From Podarcis cretensis (Eukaryota), in NCBI GenBank assembly GCA_951804945.1, contig OX638154.1, forward strand, positions 45,942,001 to 46,006,000: a DNA stretch of 64,000 bases. Reading direction: 5' to 3'. A program made the translations under genes and the position numbers. Position 1 is the first letter of the stretch, and each line of letters opens with the position of its first letter. Below are positions 61,701 through 64,000 of this stretch, in pieces. The notes under the pieces are model-generated. The model did not search any database, was not told where the DNA came from, and was given only the letters and a program-made list of their open reading frames with translations.

Positions 61701-62451
61701 GTGATTCCAGTAAGAGATTGCACGCAGAATACTCTGGCGCGTTCCCTCAGAAGCATCTAATTTTGAGCATGAGTATCCAAGCAAGCAGCTGCTGGTTGGC
61801 TCCCTCTGAGAAAGACTACATAGGAAGCGCAGGGTTTCTCACGCCATTTTACAGCGTCAAGAGGGGAACTGATGCAACCGCAACAGTTGTCTGACTATTT
61901 TACAATCTACCCAGGGTATAATCTCAAGCTTGCTTGGAGGTGCTGTCGGCACAGAGTGCCAAAACCAAGCCAAAAAACTACTTGACTTCAGGGCAGATAC
62001 TGGTAGTGGATGGGCCAGCAACAACAACACTGAGGAGTCCTGAGGTGGGGAGGGAAACCCAAGAAAGATCCCCTCTGGTAAACAAGGTGCATTTAATGAG
62101 GATATGGACATGTTCATGGTCAGAAGGCTTTTCTGCATGAAAGCTATTCATGGATCAGTTCTCCTCAGTTTAACTGTTCAACCTCTATCTATTTCTCCAT
62201 TCCTTGAAGATGCAAGGAGCTGAGAAATGGCAGTATTCAGCTAACTGCACAAGGATGACCACTATCACAACAGGTCTCCCCCGCCCCAATCTCCCCACCA
62301 CCCCTTGTTCCTAAATCTGCTCTGGAAGGTGGTGGGAGAAGGGGGAAATGTTCTGCTGCACAAAGAGAAATCCTTGTGCTGATAGAACAATCACTTTAAT
62401 GCTGTGTTTAATATAACCCAAAGTCTTTGATGCAATGAGAAAATGTCAGAA

Positions 62452-62730
62452 GAAATGCTGACTTGCTGGGTTAGGCCAATGCCCCCATAGAGTCGAGTGT
62501 CCTGTTTTCACAGCGGCCAACCGGATACAAGCAAGACAAGCACTCTGCCCACCTGTGATTTCCAGCAGCTATTATTCAGAGGCATACCACCTCTAAATGT
62601 GGAAGCAGAAGACAGCTATTGTGGCTTGTAGCTGTTAATAGCATTATCCCTACATGAATCTGTCTAATCCTCTTTTAAAGTCATCCATGTTGGTGGCCAT
62701 CACTGCCTACATGTGGACGAGTTCCATATG
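62452..62730 (-). mobile_element. CR1 LINE 3' end
   Basis: catgaatctgtctaatcctcttttaaag...gttggtggccatcactgc...gagttccata, typical reverse complement of the CR1 ORF2 end and 3' UTR. Confidence 0.7.
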
Positions 62731-64000
62731 TTTCATCATTTGAAATCAAATGTTTGACCATGTTGGATTTCTTTTGCAATTGGCCATTTACATGTGTGTA
62801 GAACACGCAGAACAAAAGGCATGAAAGCTAGACTGAGTCACACACCCAAACTCAGAGAAGCAGCTCCAAACCTTATGCAACACAATCTCCCTAATTCAGT
62901 GCTGCAGCACAAAGGAAGCATATCTGCAATATTTTCGAGTATGGAGGAAAGCATCAATAGAAAAAGCAAGAATGCTTTCTGGAGTATCTGTGACAAGGCT
63001 GTGCATCAATTCAAGCAGGCTATAAAAGTTACACAACCCCCCTTTCAAAGCACTGCAAAAGTCTACAGAGAGGCAACATGGATGGAGTTCATTGTAGAGT
63101 GCAGGGGTTGGATGAAGAAACACGAAGAGGCCCAGTGGTTCACAGAACTAGGGTTGAAAACACCTAAAACCAACACCATGTTTGGAAGGGGAATGAGTAA
63201 GAAATAATAGTGCCTCCAATTCTAAGTTACTGGTTTGAATCCAGCCTGAGTCATTAAAATCAAGTCTGTTTCCATCTCATGGCTATCCAGCTAGATGCAT
63301 GAAATGAGTTTTGGAAGAGCTTGCTTCAGTTTCTGAGAAGGAGCAGTTTATGATCAGTTTACATTGTAAAAACTGCTGCCACTGCAGACTTTAACCAACA
63401 CCTCCCCCTTTCTGGCAGTCTTAGTTCGAAAGCAAAAACAGGAAAGATAGACTGAGCATCCATGGCAGCACTAAGGAGGAATGGTGGTATGTCAGAGAGA
63501 AAAATTTATTCACAAATCATAATAGAGAACATGGTGCTCATTTCTAGTGAACTTTCAATATCCACATACAGATGAGTGCAAACAATCGGCAGCTCCAGCA
63601 CTGCAAAACTGGAGCAGTCCTCCTGGGACAAATAGTTAAGCCAATGGCTCACTACTAGACTAAGTTCACCAGAGCCTAGCCAGACATACCTGAGTTCCAA
63701 GAGAGGGTAGCAAACACTGACCACTTGTAAGATTTGGAGATGAAGTCTATAGAAGGTCAAAGGCTTATAATTTCATGTAAGGTCCATAGAAAGTTCAACA
63801 GAAACTGGCTGACTCTAGATATCTGAACGGGAGCTGAAACAACAACACTGTTATATCAGCAACTACCAGTGGAAGATTTAAGATTTAAATGATCAGCTGG
63901 ACACATTCTTTCCCATCCTGAATGTAGTAAAACAAAGGGTGCTTCCACATTAGGTGGAACTGCCAGGCTTCGTGGATTCACTTTTTACAGGGCATCTACA

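Overview
Vertebrate genomic DNA from a squamate reptile, most likely a lacertid lizard (inferred from Sauria SINEs, (TTC)n-tailed tRNA-derived SINEs, L2/CR1 LINEs and hAT/Tc1-mariner MITEs). The window is dominated by SCUBE3 (signal peptide-CUB-EGF domain protein 3) on the minus strand. I traced 18 constitutive coding exons by hand (equivalent to human exons 5-22, 57812 down to the TAG at 7732). All have GT-AG boundaries and matching phases and give about 829 aa: EGF repeats 4-9, spacer, Cys-rich repeats, CUB domain and C-terminus. Exons 1-4 were not found and probably lie beyond 64000. A further 48-nt in-frame cassette exon (43933-43980) is not shown as a protein in the ORF track. The 3' UTR runs to a probable poly(A) site near 4990. 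A CpG-rich promoter/first exon of the next minus-strand gene lies at ~1000-1640; by vertebrate synteny this is probably ZNF76, but no ZNF76 coding sequence is visible. Introns hold many transposon relics, some nested. No prokaryotic-type system, CRISPR array or novel protein-coding gene is supported. The best leads are the micro-exon, a 30-bp intronic hairpin that is fully paired only on the SCUBE3 sense strand, frameshifting tandem splice donors, an extra cysteine in EGF9, and MITE-borne ZNF143/ZNF76-type motifs.
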